Virus record (IMG/VR): IMGVR_UViG_3300038301_000548
Coordinates: 1-64,000 of that record
From: a virus
DNA: 64,000 bases
Reading direction: 5' to 3' (one strand)
In this document: piece after piece, positions 32,583 through 43,145 of the stretch
Position numbering within the stretch: position 1 is the first letter of the stretch
Layout of the letters: every line of letters begins with the position of its first letter
Position numbers and translations under genes: made by a program
Notes under the pieces: generated by a model
Told to the model about the DNA's origin: nothing
Seen by the model: the letters and a program-made list of their open reading frames with translations, nothing else
Databases searched by the model: none

Positions 32583-33616
32583 CGCGATAATATATGAGTA
32601 TTACTCTCTCGTTGGCCTGCTGGTGTCTGCCGGATGAACTCAGCCCTTGCTTGGATTTCCGGTATACTCCTACAACCAGAATAAGAAAGGCCAGATTTCA
32701 AATTCTGAGAAATTGTGGCTAAAATATTTTTTACGGATCCCTTATATGGAATCGTAGTTGATATGCCCTCTAGTGACCGGGCTTCGCCTCTCCAATCTAG
32801 TTGGGCTTCAACACTTGCCATGCCGCGGTATACTTTATATTTATTACCATCGCCCTTAGATAACACGTTACCAGGAGACTCATCCGTGCCGGCCAGCATA
32901 GAGCCCAGCATCACCAAATCGGCGCCGGCTGCTATAGCTTTAACAACATCTCCAGAGGTTTTGATGCCGCCGTCGGCTATAACGGTCGCGCCGTCGATGT
33001 CACGGCAATCAAGTACTGACTGGAATGTTGGAACTCCATGACCGGTTTGGATCCGGGTCGAGCATATGCTTCCTCCTCCGATGCCGACGCGGACTGCATC
33101 TGCGCCCCAATCTGATAAATCCTTATAGCCTGCCGCGGTGGCGACATTACCTGCAATAATCGTCACTTTGTTATCATATTTATCTCTTATGGTTTTGATG
33201 GCGCGTTCGGTCAGCACGTGGTGACCGTGGGCGACGTCGATGCAAAAGATTCGGGCCCCGGCATCATAAAGGGCTCTTGTTCTGCGCAGAAGGCCTGAGC
33301 CGGCTGGCAATGCAACAGAAATCTTATTAAGATGGGCGCTGTTGACCTCCTCTAGCGAATCTCTTAGGTTTAGAACCATCGATGCCTGTTCCCTTTCGGT
33401 ATTGTATCGATGCAAGATCCCTAGGCCGCCGTATTGCAGCATAGTCATTGACATCAGACTGGCTGTAACAGTATCCATTGGGCTAGATATCACTGGGAAG
33501 CCTAAGTCGACGTCTCCCAGAGACGATTCAAGTGTCACTTCTCTTCTGGTGAGGATTTCACTTGGCCTAGGCACCAATAATACGTCGTCAAAGCTCAGTG
33601 TTTGTTTCAGTTTCAT
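32579..33616 (-). CDS. guaB: IMP dehydrogenase/GMP reductase family protein without CBS domain
   Basis: [40 protein letters not shown]. Confidence 0.88.
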   Translation of the reverse strand: MKLKQTLSFDDVLLVPRPSEILTRREVTLESSLGDVDLGFPVISSPMDTVTASLMSMTMLQYGGLGILHRYNTEREQASMVLNLRDSLEEVNSAHLNKISVALPAGSGLLRRTRALYDAGARIFCIDVAHGHHVLTERAIKTIRDKYDNKVTIIAGNVATAAGYKDLSDWGADAVRVGIGGGSICSTRIQTGHGVPTFQSVLDCRDIDGATVIADGGIKTSGDVVKAIAAGADLVMLGSMLAGTDESPGNVLSKGDGNKYKVYRGMASVEAQLDWRGEARSLEGISTTIPYKGSVKNILATISQNLKSGLSYSGCRSIPEIQARAEFIRQTPAGQRESNTHILSR

Positions 33617-33857
33617 CTTCGTCTCCTTGAGTTACTCCACTATCATAACAGTTTGTACAGACTAAGTCAATGTTTTCTGAATTTTTATTAATTCTCCAGT
33701 TGTCAATATTTTGACCTTCTGATGGGGGCTGGCCGCACACCGAGCATTTCACCTGTCGTTTGAAGTTTGCCATGGCCGTTTTGAAATCTTTGGTAAACTT
33801 CTTGCGAGCATCGGCGAGTTGTTTTCTCTTGATCTTTCTTGAAAAGCTGGTCATCAT
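33588..33857 (-). CDS. Small Zn-ribbon protein
   Basis: CSVC...CTNC. Confidence 0.6.
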   Translation of the reverse strand: MMTSFSRKIKRKQLADARKKFTKDFKTAMANFKRQVKCSVCGQPPSEGQNIDNWRINKNSENIDLVCTNCYDSGVTQGDEDETETNTEL

Positions 33858-34330
33858 AAATCTCCAGTGGAGCCAAGTGCTCCGCTGCCGCGGGCTGTCG
33901 AAGAGCCATAAACACTATCTTCGTGTATTTCCCACAGGACTGGCTTCTCAATACGGACAAAGACACCTTGTGCTATCTTTTGCCCGGCTGCAATGTGCTG
34001 AACCTCTGTGCCAATATTCTGCAGGTTTACAAAGATCTCTCCGTCATAGCCCTCATCCACCACACAGGCGCCTGTGACAAGTTGCTTTTTGCTGGCTACT
34101 CCCGACTTGTTCATAATCTGTAGCATACAGCCGGGCGGGACCTCCATTTTGATGCCCGTCCCCAAAAGCACACTCTTGTTGGGGTCGACACTAATGGTGG
34201 TGTCTTCTGAGTTTGAACAGAAGAAAAAATCCATGCCTGCGTCGGTGTTATGCGCCCTGTTGGGCAGTTTGGCCTTGGGACTGGTCCTAAAAACCCTGAC
34301 CCTATCTATCTCATCGAATAACATTAACAT
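33854..34330 (-). CDS. dut: Trimeric dUTPase
   Basis: DAGMD, KSG, VDEGYDGE, IAQ, RGSGALGSTG. Confidence 0.95.
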   Translation of the reverse strand: MLMLFDEIDRVRVFRTSPKAKLPNRAHNTDAGMDFFFCSNSEDTTISVDPNKSVLLGTGIKMEVPPGCMLQIMNKSGVASKKQLVTGACVVDEGYDGEIFVNLQNIGTEVQHIAAGQKIAQGVFVRIEKPVLWEIHEDSVYGSSTARGSGALGSTGDL

Positions 34331-34968
34331 ACTCCTTTTTGTGTTAAATCTCTTTCTTCTATAAGTGTATAAGTAAAACTATTACTCCACTGGTCGGATG
34401 CTTTTTGGCAAGTGTCCATAAACTCATAAAAGTCTTTACTACTCTGAAGAACTTGGCAGCCGGCTGACACCCCTCCAGTATTGACCCTTGCATCCGAACC
34501 CCAATGCTTGTGAATATTGATCCCAAACCAGCCCTCTTCTTCGGGGCTGTGATAGTCGGGCTTAGAGTCTCTGTTGTTGTCTCTCCAGACTCTCACCTTC
34601 CCCCCTCTCTGAACAAGCGCTGTATAGCTTCTCTTGCCTCCATGCGTTCCGATTCGATATGTAGACCGGTACTGGTCGGGAACCAAAATCGCGGTACCCT
34701 TATGGCGGACCTCTTTGATTGGCATGCGCAATATTCTGGTACCAGGCTCAGTAGTGGCCGGATATATATCGCAGACCCACTCGTCCTCCGCTTTATACAG
34801 CAGGTTGATGAAATCATCAAATTTTGACGCGTCACCAGAGTCATTACGAACACCGATAATATTTAAATTATAGTCTCCTTTTTCAAAGAATGCGTGCCCC
34901 TTGTTCTCAAGGGTCTCCTTATAGTGTTTCGCCATCATTTGGGCTGCAAGCCCTGTTAGTCTAGCCAT
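34324..34968 (-). CDS. L,D-transpeptidase (YkuD)-like cell-wall enzyme, candidate endolysin
   Basis: GINIH-x12-SAGC His/Cys motif; ATTEPG. Confidence 0.6.
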   Translation of the reverse strand: MARLTGLAAQMMAKHYKETLENKGHAFFEKGDYNLNIIGVRNDSGDASKFDDFINLLYKAEDEWVCDIYPATTEPGTRILRMPIKEVRHKGTAILVPDQYRSTYRIGTHGGKRSYTALVQRGGKVRVWRDNNRDSKPDYHSPEEEGWFGINIHKHWGSDARVNTGGVSAGCQVLQSSKDFYEFMDTCQKASDQWSNSFTYTLIEERDLTQKGVC

Positions 34969-34978
34969 TGTTATCTCC

Positions 34979-37900
34979 TTAAGCTAATAGTTTAAACATC
35001 TTCCTGACACTGAATGTCGAGAAGCCCCAGTTTGGATCGTAATTTAGTCGAGCCATGTAGGGTCGGTTAATATGGACAATATCGCGATCGGGGTCAACGC
35101 CCCAACATCGGATGGTATTCGTCTCGTTGTTATCATCGATCACCTTTACCACATAGAAATTCTTACCGTTCTTTGACTTCTTGAGCTTGCACTCCCTAGG
35201 AATGAACCAAGTTACACCGAGTTCAGCATCATACTCCGAGATCGGTGGAATGTAAAGTTCGTCTAGCTTACCTCTGACGTGTTCGTTAATCACTGAACTA
35301 ATCGGGAACACACCTGTCAAAGTCACCAAGTGTTCAAGCTTCTCTTCTTCGGTGAAGTCTCCCTCACCTGCATATGTGGTAATATTATCTTCTAGGTTCT
35401 TGAGCTTTCTAGGGCGGTCAACACAGACAGCTGACCAGAAGTGCTTAAGACCAGTAAAACGGTCATCGACCAGATCAGTTAGGGCTTGGGCCCGGCACAG
35501 AGCATCTAGCGCTTTCTTATTCAGCTTGGAATACTTTACCTTATCGTGGAAAAGAAACTCTTCGACTGTATTAAAAGGCCGATGATCAATGATCTGCTGA
35601 ATTGCTACTGCACCTAGACCCTTGATCGAAGTCAGTGGCTGAACAAGAGTCTTGTTGTCCTCGCTGATCTCCCAAACTACACCAGAAGTGTTGACGTTCA
35701 AGGGCTCGACTGCATAACCCATCGACTTAGCAGTGGAGATTGCTCGTTCCTTACGGGTCTCGGGCTCCTTATCCAAGAAAGCTGCGAGCCATTCCGCTGG
35801 ATAGTAGTTGAGTAGCCAAGCACACTGAAAGGACAGGATGCAGTAAGATACCGCGTGAGACTTGTTGAAGCCATATCCTGAAAAGTATTCAAACTTGTTC
35901 CACAGTTCTCGGGCGTCGTGCGAAGCGATGCCCTTCTCCAAGCAACCCTTGTGAAACTTGTCAAAGATCTTATCCTTCTCTGCTGCAGCTGCACCAGTAC
36001 CCTTCTTGGTCAAAAGCTTTCTGAGCTTGTTGCCTTCATCCAGGGATAGATCCTTACCCAGCTTGTGAGCAAGCATAGCGATCTGTTCCTGAAAGATAAG
36101 GAAGCCGTATGTCTCTTCTGTCACTTCGCGAGTAGTCTCATTAAGATACTCTACCTCGTGAGGCGCCTGCTTTGAGCCGATGAACATTTTGTCTACGCCG
36201 GCGCTTAGTGGACCGGGACGATAGATACTTGTAATAGAAGCCAAGTCAGTAATATTATCTGGCTTTGCATTCTTGCAGAATGACTGTGCTCCAGCTTCCG
36301 TGAACTGGAAGATACCAGCCCACTTGCCTGCGTGGAATACATTCTTCCACACTTCTTCGTTCTCTAGATCGATCTTATCTGGGTGTAAGTGCTCGTCATA
36401 GAATGACCTAATTTGGTCAAAGGTTGGGTTCTCGATATTGTGATGTCTCTTTAGAATGCGCTCGACAGCACCTTCGACCATTCGAAGAGAAGCCAGCCCA
36501 AGAATATCGAACTTGATAAAACCCATTGGTTCAAGGTGTCTAACATTTTGCCCTTCACTCCACGGGGTCTGCCTGACCCCTCCACTGTTAATAAGAGGCA
36601 TCCACTCATTAAGTCGCTCACCGACAACAACACCACCTGCGTGGCGACTAGCTGAACGGGTTTGACCATAGAGCTTTTCGACGTGTGTCTTGATATGTGG
36701 ATATTTCTGCAAGAACTTTTGAAGGGTTTCTGAATACATCATCAGTTCTTCAAAGGTTGGTGCATACACGCCGGCTGTAATACCGTGTGCTTTCTTTGCA
36801 AGTGGTGTCGCCTCATACACCATCTTACTGGTCACATTATTTACCTCGGTAAACTCAATGCCGTAAAACTTTGAGATGTCCTTGATCAATGATCGAAGCT
36901 GAAGGGTGTTCCAGTTTGTAATTGGGACAACAGTGTCGTCGCCCCACTCATCAATCAAGAACTCCTTGAGAAGCATCGGGTCAGATACATCGTAATCAAT
37001 ATCAGGATACCCTGTGCCACCCTTGGTCAAGAACCTTTCGAACTGAAGACCATACTTGATTGGGTCGACTTGTGTGATCCCCAGGACATAGGACACCAAA
37101 GAGCCGGCGGCAGAGCCGCGGCCGGGACCGACGAGCTGGCGCTCTACAGCCATATCAGCAATCGCTTTCATAGTCAAGAAGTACTTCGAGAAACCGCGGG
37201 ATTCGATGATCCCTACTTCATACTTAAGTCGATCTGCATATTCGGTATTCTCTGCTAGTCCCAAACTGCGGGCACCTTCAACGCAAAGCGCTGCGAGTGT
37301 CTGTCCAGCGGTGGAACCCTCAGGGACGACAAAGCTCGGAAGCCTAACTTGGTTGTCTGGAAGAAAAGCCTCGATACGCTCGTGGGCGATCTTGTGTGTT
37401 CGAGTGATAGAGTCCATAACAATATCATCATCGTATTCAACATTAGCTGACTTAGAATACTTCTTGTAAGACTCCCACATCTGCTGACCATTCTTTGGAT
37501 ACAGCTCATAGCCTACTTCTTCGACGGAGACTGGCAACTCTTCTGATAGATAGTCCGGTCTTCCTCGGCCGAGCCACCCCAAGCGCTTGTAAAGTTCCCT
37601 GTCCTTCCACACTTCCGGGTTATAGTAATGAGAATCCGCGGTCGAGATCAACTCAATACCAAACTCATAATGCATTTGTATAATGTATTGGTTTAGTTCG
37701 TGTTGTTCTGGGATGTTATTCCACTGCAACTCTCCGTACCACCTGTCTCCGAAGATCTTCTGCATTTTTTGAGTAGTCTCTCTCATTGCATCTAGAACTG
37801 CGTCGGCGCCGTTTTCTCTATTTTCCCAATAACTTCCAGCATAAACACCACCAAGACAAGCTGATGCTGCAATGACACCTTTGTTGTACTTCTTGAGTAG

Positions 37901-38413
37901 TGCGTAGTCTACACGAGGATAGCGGTAGAAGTTATTGCCAGCATAACTAGAAGATATCATCTTGAAGATATTTTGCAACCCTTCTTGGTCTTGTGCCAGG
38001 AGAATCATATGGCGGCGACGGTTTAGAACCGACTTCATCTTCTTCTTTGATGCCTCGTTCTCTACCGTTGTGCCCGAACTGGCTGCCTCATATTCTGATT
38101 TGTTCTTGGCAGAAGCTTTAATGTTTTCATAATCCTTCTTCCAGTTTGCAACGGAAGGGATAAAGTAAGCTTCTACGCCAAAGATAGGCTTAAAGTTCTT
38201 ACCTTCTTTCTGCATCTTTTTGGCGTGCAATACCTGTCCCGCCAGACCATTAGCGTTGCCATGGTCGGTAAGAGCGAGGGCATCCATTCCGTTGTTAAAT
38301 GCAAAATCCATATGTTCTGCCGGATACCCTAATGCATCGAATGGGGATCCTGCCACAGAATGGGCATGCAACCCTACGAAAGGAATATTAGTTTTGTTTT
38401 TTGACGCTTGCAA
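34979..38413 (-). CDS. dnaE: DNA polymerase III alpha subunit (family C)
   Basis: PHP LHAHS/TDHG, GPGRGSAAGS, PDIDYD, RHAGG, KFDILGL, FNKSHA, OB-fold C-terminus. Confidence 0.97.
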   Translation of the reverse strand: MQASKNKTNIPFVGLHAHSVAGSPFDALGYPAEHMDFAFNNGMDALALTDHGNANGLAGQVLHAKKMQKEGKNFKPIFGVEAYFIPSVANWKKDYENIKASAKNKSEYEAASSGTTVENEASKKKMKSVLNRRRHMILLAQDQEGLQNIFKMISSSYAGNNFYRYPRVDYALLKKYNKGVIAASACLGGVYAGSYWENRENGADAVLDAMRETTQKMQKIFGDRWYGELQWNNIPEQHELNQYIIQMHYEFGIELISTADSHYYNPEVWKDRELYKRLGWLGRGRPDYLSEELPVSVEEVGYELYPKNGQQMWESYKKYSKSANVEYDDDIVMDSITRTHKIAHERIEAFLPDNQVRLPSFVVPEGSTAGQTLAALCVEGARSLGLAENTEYADRLKYEVGIIESRGFSKYFLTMKAIADMAVERQLVGPGRGSAAGSLVSYVLGITQVDPIKYGLQFERFLTKGGTGYPDIDYDVSDPMLLKEFLIDEWGDDTVVPITNWNTLQLRSLIKDISKFYGIEFTEVNNVTSKMVYEATPLAKKAHGITAGVYAPTFEELMMYSETLQKFLQKYPHIKTHVEKLYGQTRSASRHAGGVVVGERLNEWMPLINSGGVRQTPWSEGQNVRHLEPMGFIKFDILGLASLRMVEGAVERILKRHHNIENPTFDQIRSFYDEHLHPDKIDLENEEVWKNVFHAGKWAGIFQFTEAGAQSFCKNAKPDNITDLASITSIYRPGPLSAGVDKMFIGSKQAPHEVEYLNETTREVTEETYGFLIFQEQIAMLAHKLGKDLSLDEGNKLRKLLTKKGTGAAAAEKDKIFDKFHKGCLEKGIASHDARELWNKFEYFSGYGFNKSHAVSYCILSFQCAWLLNYYPAEWLAAFLDKEPETRKERAISTAKSMGYAVEPLNVNTSGVVWEISEDNKTLVQPLTSIKGLGAVAIQQIIDHRPFNTVEEFLFHDKVKYSKLNKKALDALCRAQALTDLVDDRFTGLKHFWSAVCVDRPRKLKNLEDNITTYAGEGDFTEEEKLEHLVTLTGVFPISSVINEHVRGKLDELYIPPISEYDAELGVTWFIPRECKLKKSKNGKNFYVVKVIDDNNETNTIRCWGVDPDRDIVHINRPYMARLNYDPNWGFSTFSVRKMFKLLA

Positions 38414-38615
38414 TTGTGCACTCCAAGTCAGATTTAATCATTTCAAGATCTTCAATTAGTTTTTCTTTTTCTTCTATATCATACACGATCGAGTCGTATA
38501 GGTCACGGAAAAAGAACTGCTGGTCTATTGTCATTGAGGAAAATGTCAGCGGCAGCGTGGCTGACTCCTTCGTGTGGTAAGCTAAGTTGTCGTATGCTTC
38601 TTCAATATCGATCAT
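38388..38615 (-). CDS. Hypothetical protein
   Basis: Start re-called to MIDIEE at the ATGA overlap. Confidence 0.5.
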   Translation of the reverse strand: MIDIEEAYDNLAYHTKESATLPLTFSSMTIDQQFFFRDLYDSIVYDIEEKEKLIEDLEMIKSDLECTIASVKKQN

Positions 38616-39460
38616 CTGTCTTCCTTTCTTATGAAAAATGGTTTTGCCATTGACGGGGGCATCTTTTTCAGCTTTTTGTTTGAAATATAAAATTCTCTTA
38701 GACTTTCCCATGAATCTAAATTATGGTAAAATTCCAATTCGACTTTTTTATCTATATCTATCTTATCATGTTTAAAGATTTTGTCAAGTGAAAAATTCTT
38801 TGCCGACCATCTTTCTTCAAGTGGTAAATTTTTATCTCCGCCTGTGTTGGTTTCGTTGAGTTGACGGCGGAAATGTAACCAACACTCAGGTGTGAAACTA
38901 AAAGGTAGATATAAGCCGTCGCGGACTGTCTTGCCATTGTAGCTGGCATACACTCTCTCTGCGCCTCGGATTGCAGACCGAACTTTCTTTAGCGCCGATG
39001 GGTCATATATGCCGTACGGAAAGGATACATAATAGCTCGTTGGCACTGTCCATTTTGAGATTTTTTTAGAGACTATAAAAGAGGTTAAGGCGCCGTGAAG
39101 AACTGACCACCCCACAGTGTCGACTCTTTTTCTATGCTTTTGTAGAATTGGTGTATAAAATATCGGTATATACTCCTTGCAGGAATCAGGATGCCTTTTG
39201 AAGTCCCAGTTGTCATATATGTTGGGGTTTATAACATAATCCCCTAGCCTCTTCTTTATTAAAGGTGCAGTGTCGTCGTTGCATATGACCCATATAGAAT
39301 CGCAGTTCACCAGTGCGCACTCGTACACAGCTCTTTCGATTGCTAACATATCTTTGGCAAGAGGGTGTAAACAGTCTGGCCAGGGTAGACCCAAGAGATC
39401 TTGCCGACCAGCAATCGGAACGATTCCTGCTAGGTTTCTACCTTTTAGGGCTGTATCCAT
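38612..39460 (-). CDS. Nucleotidyltransferase-like (NTP_transferase fold) protein
   Basis: AGIVPIAG...LHP...AIERAV...IWVI. Confidence 0.6.
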   Translation of the reverse strand: MDTALKGRNLAGIVPIAGRQDLLGLPWPDCLHPLAKDMLAIERAVYECALVNCDSIWVICNDDTAPLIKKRLGDYVINPNIYDNWDFKRHPDSCKEYIPIFYTPILQKHRKRVDTVGWSVLHGALTSFIVSKKISKWTVPTSYYVSFPYGIYDPSALKKVRSAIRGAERVYASYNGKTVRDGLYLPFSFTPECWLHFRRQLNETNTGGDKNLPLEERWSAKNFSLDKIFKHDKIDIDKKVELEFYHNLDSWESLREFYISNKKLKKMPPSMAKPFFIRKEDR

Positions 39461-40229
39461 CTATTATTTCCTGCATGCTCATATTCATAAACTTTACTTT
39501 CTTAGAATTGCTGTAAGTGTTTTGATCGATCGGGTGGACATAGCGCGAGAGATGCGACGTGATCAACTTTTTATATATATCAGTACCATTCTTATACTTA
39601 CCTTTCTCTTTTAGGCCGATGTAACCCATAGAGTTGAGATGACTCTTTAGTTTGAAGTTGGCTATTGTATCTGAATAATCAAAGTCATATAACTGATCTC
39701 TTGTCAGTTGTGACACCGTAACTATATCGGTGATATGTTTAGCGCCATCGACCCTCAGGGAGTTATAGAAGTAAATCTCTGACAATAATCTGTCTTCAGT
39801 GTAAACCGGGTTGATGTGCTTCGCTTGCTTTCCTAGGCGTTGTATTGTGAAATCATCTATAACCTCATACTCTTCTGCGTGCGTGCCAGATAAGGCGTTC
39901 TCGTGCTTTATATTGAGGGTCTCAAATATAAAGCACTGCTCAAACTCAAATTGAGCCAGGAGATTATCACTAAAAATTTTAATGTTGTTATCCGCGACTC
40001 GGACCTGCTTGACTTCCGCATAATCAATGCCAAGAGCTAGCAAGCCTAAATGTAATTTGATTTTCTGCCAAATTTGCTTTTTGTTTCTAGTACCAAAAAG
40101 TCTAAACTCTTGAAATTCCTTAAAAAACAAAGGGTAAAAACTTGAGGTCTGAACATGGTAGTAACCATTGAGGTATGCAAACATTGCAGATTCAACGGAA
40201 TGACCCAGGACTACTTTCTCTAGTAACAC
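39438..40229 (-). CDS. Hypothetical protein (possibly a degenerate Rossmann fold)
   Basis: VVLGHSVESAMFA N-terminus. Confidence 0.55.
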   Translation of the reverse strand: MLLEKVVLGHSVESAMFAYLNGYYHVQTSSFYPLFFKEFQEFRLFGTRNKKQIWQKIKLHLGLLALGIDYAEVKQVRVADNNIKIFSDNLLAQFEFEQCFIFETLNIKHENALSGTHAEEYEVIDDFTIQRLGKQAKHINPVYTEDRLLSEIYFYNSLRVDGAKHITDIVTVSQLTRDQLYDFDYSDTIANFKLKSHLNSMGYIGLKEKGKYKNGTDIYKKLITSHLSRYVHPIDQNTYSNSKKVKFMNMSMQEIIDGYSPKR

Positions 40230-42439
40230 ATCAGAACAGGAGCTTGCGGTTCATAGCTTGCGGGAAGATACCTGAGCTGGCTCATGTTAAGGGCTCCTTG
40301 GTCTTGCTCTCTAGGTAGGCAGATCTCGTCTATAATAGACATCAAGTTGTTATACATTTCATCTGCTCGCGATGATAAATCAAAGTTGCGGCCGCCACCT
40401 GCAATTGCAATTTCGTCCCAACCGTAAAAGGCTAGTGCAAAGGTGTACAACTTTGTATTTGGGGCCGCCTGAAGCGCTGCTGTTAACTCGGGTGATCTAA
40501 ATTCCGGATTCATATACGATTGTTCGTCTTCGTCTGTAAATACTATGATAATGCGGTCAGTCTCCTGTCTCCAGTTAAGAAAGAACCCTCCAATATCCGG
40601 GATAGACATAACGCCCTGCACCCATCGCCTGTTTTGAAAGTCGACATGCAAGGGCGCCAGGTTTCTCAGGGCTAACATTACTGCGTCCATATGCATCTCA
40701 AGACCGCCATCGAATTCGGCTGGGTCTAGGGCTACAAAGTCTGCAAAAAACTGAGGGAACATTGATATATTTGAGACCATCGTCAAAACTTCTAGTTCTG
40801 AGCGTGGATGCGCAGGGTCCGTTGTCCTCGTTGGGCCAACAATAAGGCCCCATCGGATTGCCTGTTCTGCTGCAAAGTGTTGGCCAAAACGAGACAGGGC
40901 CTGAGTCACTGCTCTGATTTCCCCTGTCATGGATCCACTAGTGTCTAGAACAAGCAAGATGTCGGTGTCTCTTACTTCTTCACCGTAGTCGACATTTCCA
41001 TCGCAGTCATCATCCGACCCGTTGCAAACCTCCTCCATTGGTACCACCTCACCTTCACACAAGTTGACAGTCCAGTCACCATCGTTATTCGGTCCGCCCC
41101 AGCGGCCCTCGAAGCAGGACTGTTCACCGGGCAGACATATACCTGTCCCTAATGTATCTCTTGGGCCAGAATAGCATGCGCGTGTTAAGTTTTCGTCTAA
41201 AATGTCGTCGCAGTCTTCGTCAAAGTTGTTGCAGACTTCCTCTTGTATTGGTCTACCAATCCCGGGGTTGCATTCTTCGCCCTGATCCAGGGGCAGGAAT
41301 GCACATAGAGCCATACACGGACTCATTGCAATCACGGTGCAATCAATATCTTGACAATAACAAGTCTTAAACCCTTGACCACAGAATAAGGGTTCTTCTG
41401 CGCAGGGAAACAGCGCGTCGACTTGATCAATTGTGCACAAGCAGTTGATACCCTCGTCTGGGATCCCATCGCAGTCATTGTCTAAGCCATCACACTCTTC
41501 GTCCGATGGGGGGCGCGCGGTACAAGAGACCCACTGGGCAGCGATGCAGCTCTCCACTCCTCTCTCGCAGGGAGTTTCGCACTCTCTGATCAGACCTTCA
41601 TCCGTTAATTCGTCGCAATCGTTATCAACCCCATCACAAATCTCCGGAGGTACCTCGCCGCATTCGTTACATACATTTCGCTGACCTTCGTCGATGTTGC
41701 CATCGCAATCGTCATCGATAAAATTACATACCTCTTCTTGCGGCTCGCGGTTGACACAATCTATCAATACACCACCAACACACAGGCCGACGCCCGGGCC
41801 GCATTCGTCCTCACAGACTATTGGGTTCTCATCGATGCGCTCATCGCAATCATTATCTATGCCATCACATATTTCCGGATCTTCACAAGAAGTGCATGGG
41901 CCATGGATTATCTGCCCCTTATCACATAACACCCTTTGCCTGCCTGTGCGCCCATCTGCCAATTGGCACTCGAACCAGCGTAAAAAATCGCGCGAAGAAC
42001 CGGGGGGACACTCGTGGGTCACCTGACACTCGCTCCGATTAATAATCTGTGGGGGTGGACAGTCTGGATCTGGACCAAACTCACAAGCCTCTCCGGCCGG
42101 ATTACAAACCTCTATAGTAACCTGCATAGACTGTATGGTGTTATCTGGTTGTGGTGGACAGAACCACTCTTGCACCTCGCAACAATCAGGCAGGCAGCTG
42201 CAATAAGCCTCATGGTCCTCCACTGTCACTGTGTCACATCGAGTTACCATTGCATCTGGTGGGCCAGCATCAATGGAAGCATCCCAGTTAAGAAGCGGGA
42301 CGTTTGAGTCAGGCACTGACTGGTCAACTCCAGAGTCCGACACAGCTAGGCGGCCGCCATCGGAAGGTTGTTCAAAGTTGGTCACGGCTGTTTCATCGCT
42401 GCAACCAAAAAAAAGTATAATAAATAATAATCTTTTCAT
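40220..42439 (-). CDS. Lipoprotein with MopE-type Cys/Asp metal-binding repeats and a C-terminal VWA domain
   Basis: MKRLLFIILFFG-C lipobox (start re-called); six ExCxGxDxDCD repeats; DILLVLDTSGSM MIDAS, VFTDE. Confidence 0.85.
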   Translation of the reverse strand: MKRLLFIILFFGCSDETAVTNFEQPSDGGRLAVSDSGVDQSVPDSNVPLLNWDASIDAGPPDAMVTRCDTVTVEDHEAYCSCLPDCCEVQEWFCPPQPDNTIQSMQVTIEVCNPAGEACEFGPDPDCPPPQIINRSECQVTHECPPGSSRDFLRWFECQLADGRTGRQRVLCDKGQIIHGPCTSCEDPEICDGIDNDCDERIDENPIVCEDECGPGVGLCVGGVLIDCVNREPQEEVCNFIDDDCDGNIDEGQRNVCNECGEVPPEICDGVDNDCDELTDEGLIRECETPCERGVESCIAAQWVSCTARPPSDEECDGLDNDCDGIPDEGINCLCTIDQVDALFPCAEEPLFCGQGFKTCYCQDIDCTVIAMSPCMALCAFLPLDQGEECNPGIGRPIQEEVCNNFDEDCDDILDENLTRACYSGPRDTLGTGICLPGEQSCFEGRWGGPNNDGDWTVNLCEGEVVPMEEVCNGSDDDCDGNVDYGEEVRDTDILLVLDTSGSMTGEIRAVTQALSRFGQHFAAEQAIRWGLIVGPTRTTDPAHPRSELEVLTMVSNISMFPQFFADFVALDPAEFDGGLEMHMDAVMLALRNLAPLHVDFQNRRWVQGVMSIPDIGGFFLNWRQETDRIIIVFTDEDEQSYMNPEFRSPELTAALQAAPNTKLYTFALAFYGWDEIAIAGGGRNFDLSSRADEMYNNLMSIIDEICLPREQDQGALNMSQLRYLPASYEPQAPVLMCY

Positions 42440-42440
42440 T

Positions 42441-43145
42441 TTATAAGTCCATGTTATGTTTTTTGATAAATGCCGCTGTGGCATAGGGAAATTTGTGTTT
42501 TGCTATCCTTAAGCAAGCCTTTGCAACTTGCTGGATCTCCCATTGAGCACCAGCGTGGATACGCAAAGAGACAAACTTTAATAAATTATGCAAGTTCACT
42601 GTTCCATAATACTCTGTATATAAGTTTTGTGGCAGGACACCTCTTGCCTGTTCTCTACATACTCCAGCTTCCATCATCGCGGTATACAAGTTGATGCTTC
42701 GCGTGTTGTGGTTGGACACTGCAGCAGAAGCCTTCTCGAACCCTATCCCAAGGTAAGATGAATCCAGAGTCGGGTCAATTAGTTCGTCTAGACTAGCTTG
42801 GCGGTTGCTCTTGTGTTGTGTCCTAAATTTAACTGGGTTATAAAATTTCATACCCACACTGGTATACCTGCGGCTGATTTCGTTGTAAGCCCAGGTCCTG
42901 TGTCTATGGTGTTGGGACCTTATGAATAGAGGAACAATAAAACGCATTGTAATAGAACAATGCTCAAATGGGCTAGTGTGATTGTGCTCCATGAGGTAGT
43001 TAATAAGTTTAATATCTTTTTCATCTAGGTCATCCTTTTCTGCTCCGAAAGAAACGCGAGCAGCGTTAACAATTGTTAAATCATCGCCCATGTGTGCAAC
43101 GTAGTCAACAGAGCCAATTCCGTCATCAAACAATTCAAGCTTCAT
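42441..43145 (-). CDS. thyX: Flavin-dependent thymidylate synthase
   Basis: NAARVS, HTSPFEH, RHRTWAYNEISRRY, AQWEI. Confidence 0.97.
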   Translation of the reverse strand: MKLELFDDGIGSVDYVAHMGDDLTIVNAARVSFGAEKDDLDEKDIKLINYLMEHNHTSPFEHCSITMRFIVPLFIRSQHHRHRTWAYNEISRRYTSVGMKFYNPVKFRTQHKSNRQASLDELIDPTLDSSYLGIGFEKASAAVSNHNTRSINLYTAMMEAGVCREQARGVLPQNLYTEYYGTVNLHNLLKFVSLRIHAGAQWEIQQVAKACLRIAKHKFPYATAAFIKKHNMDL

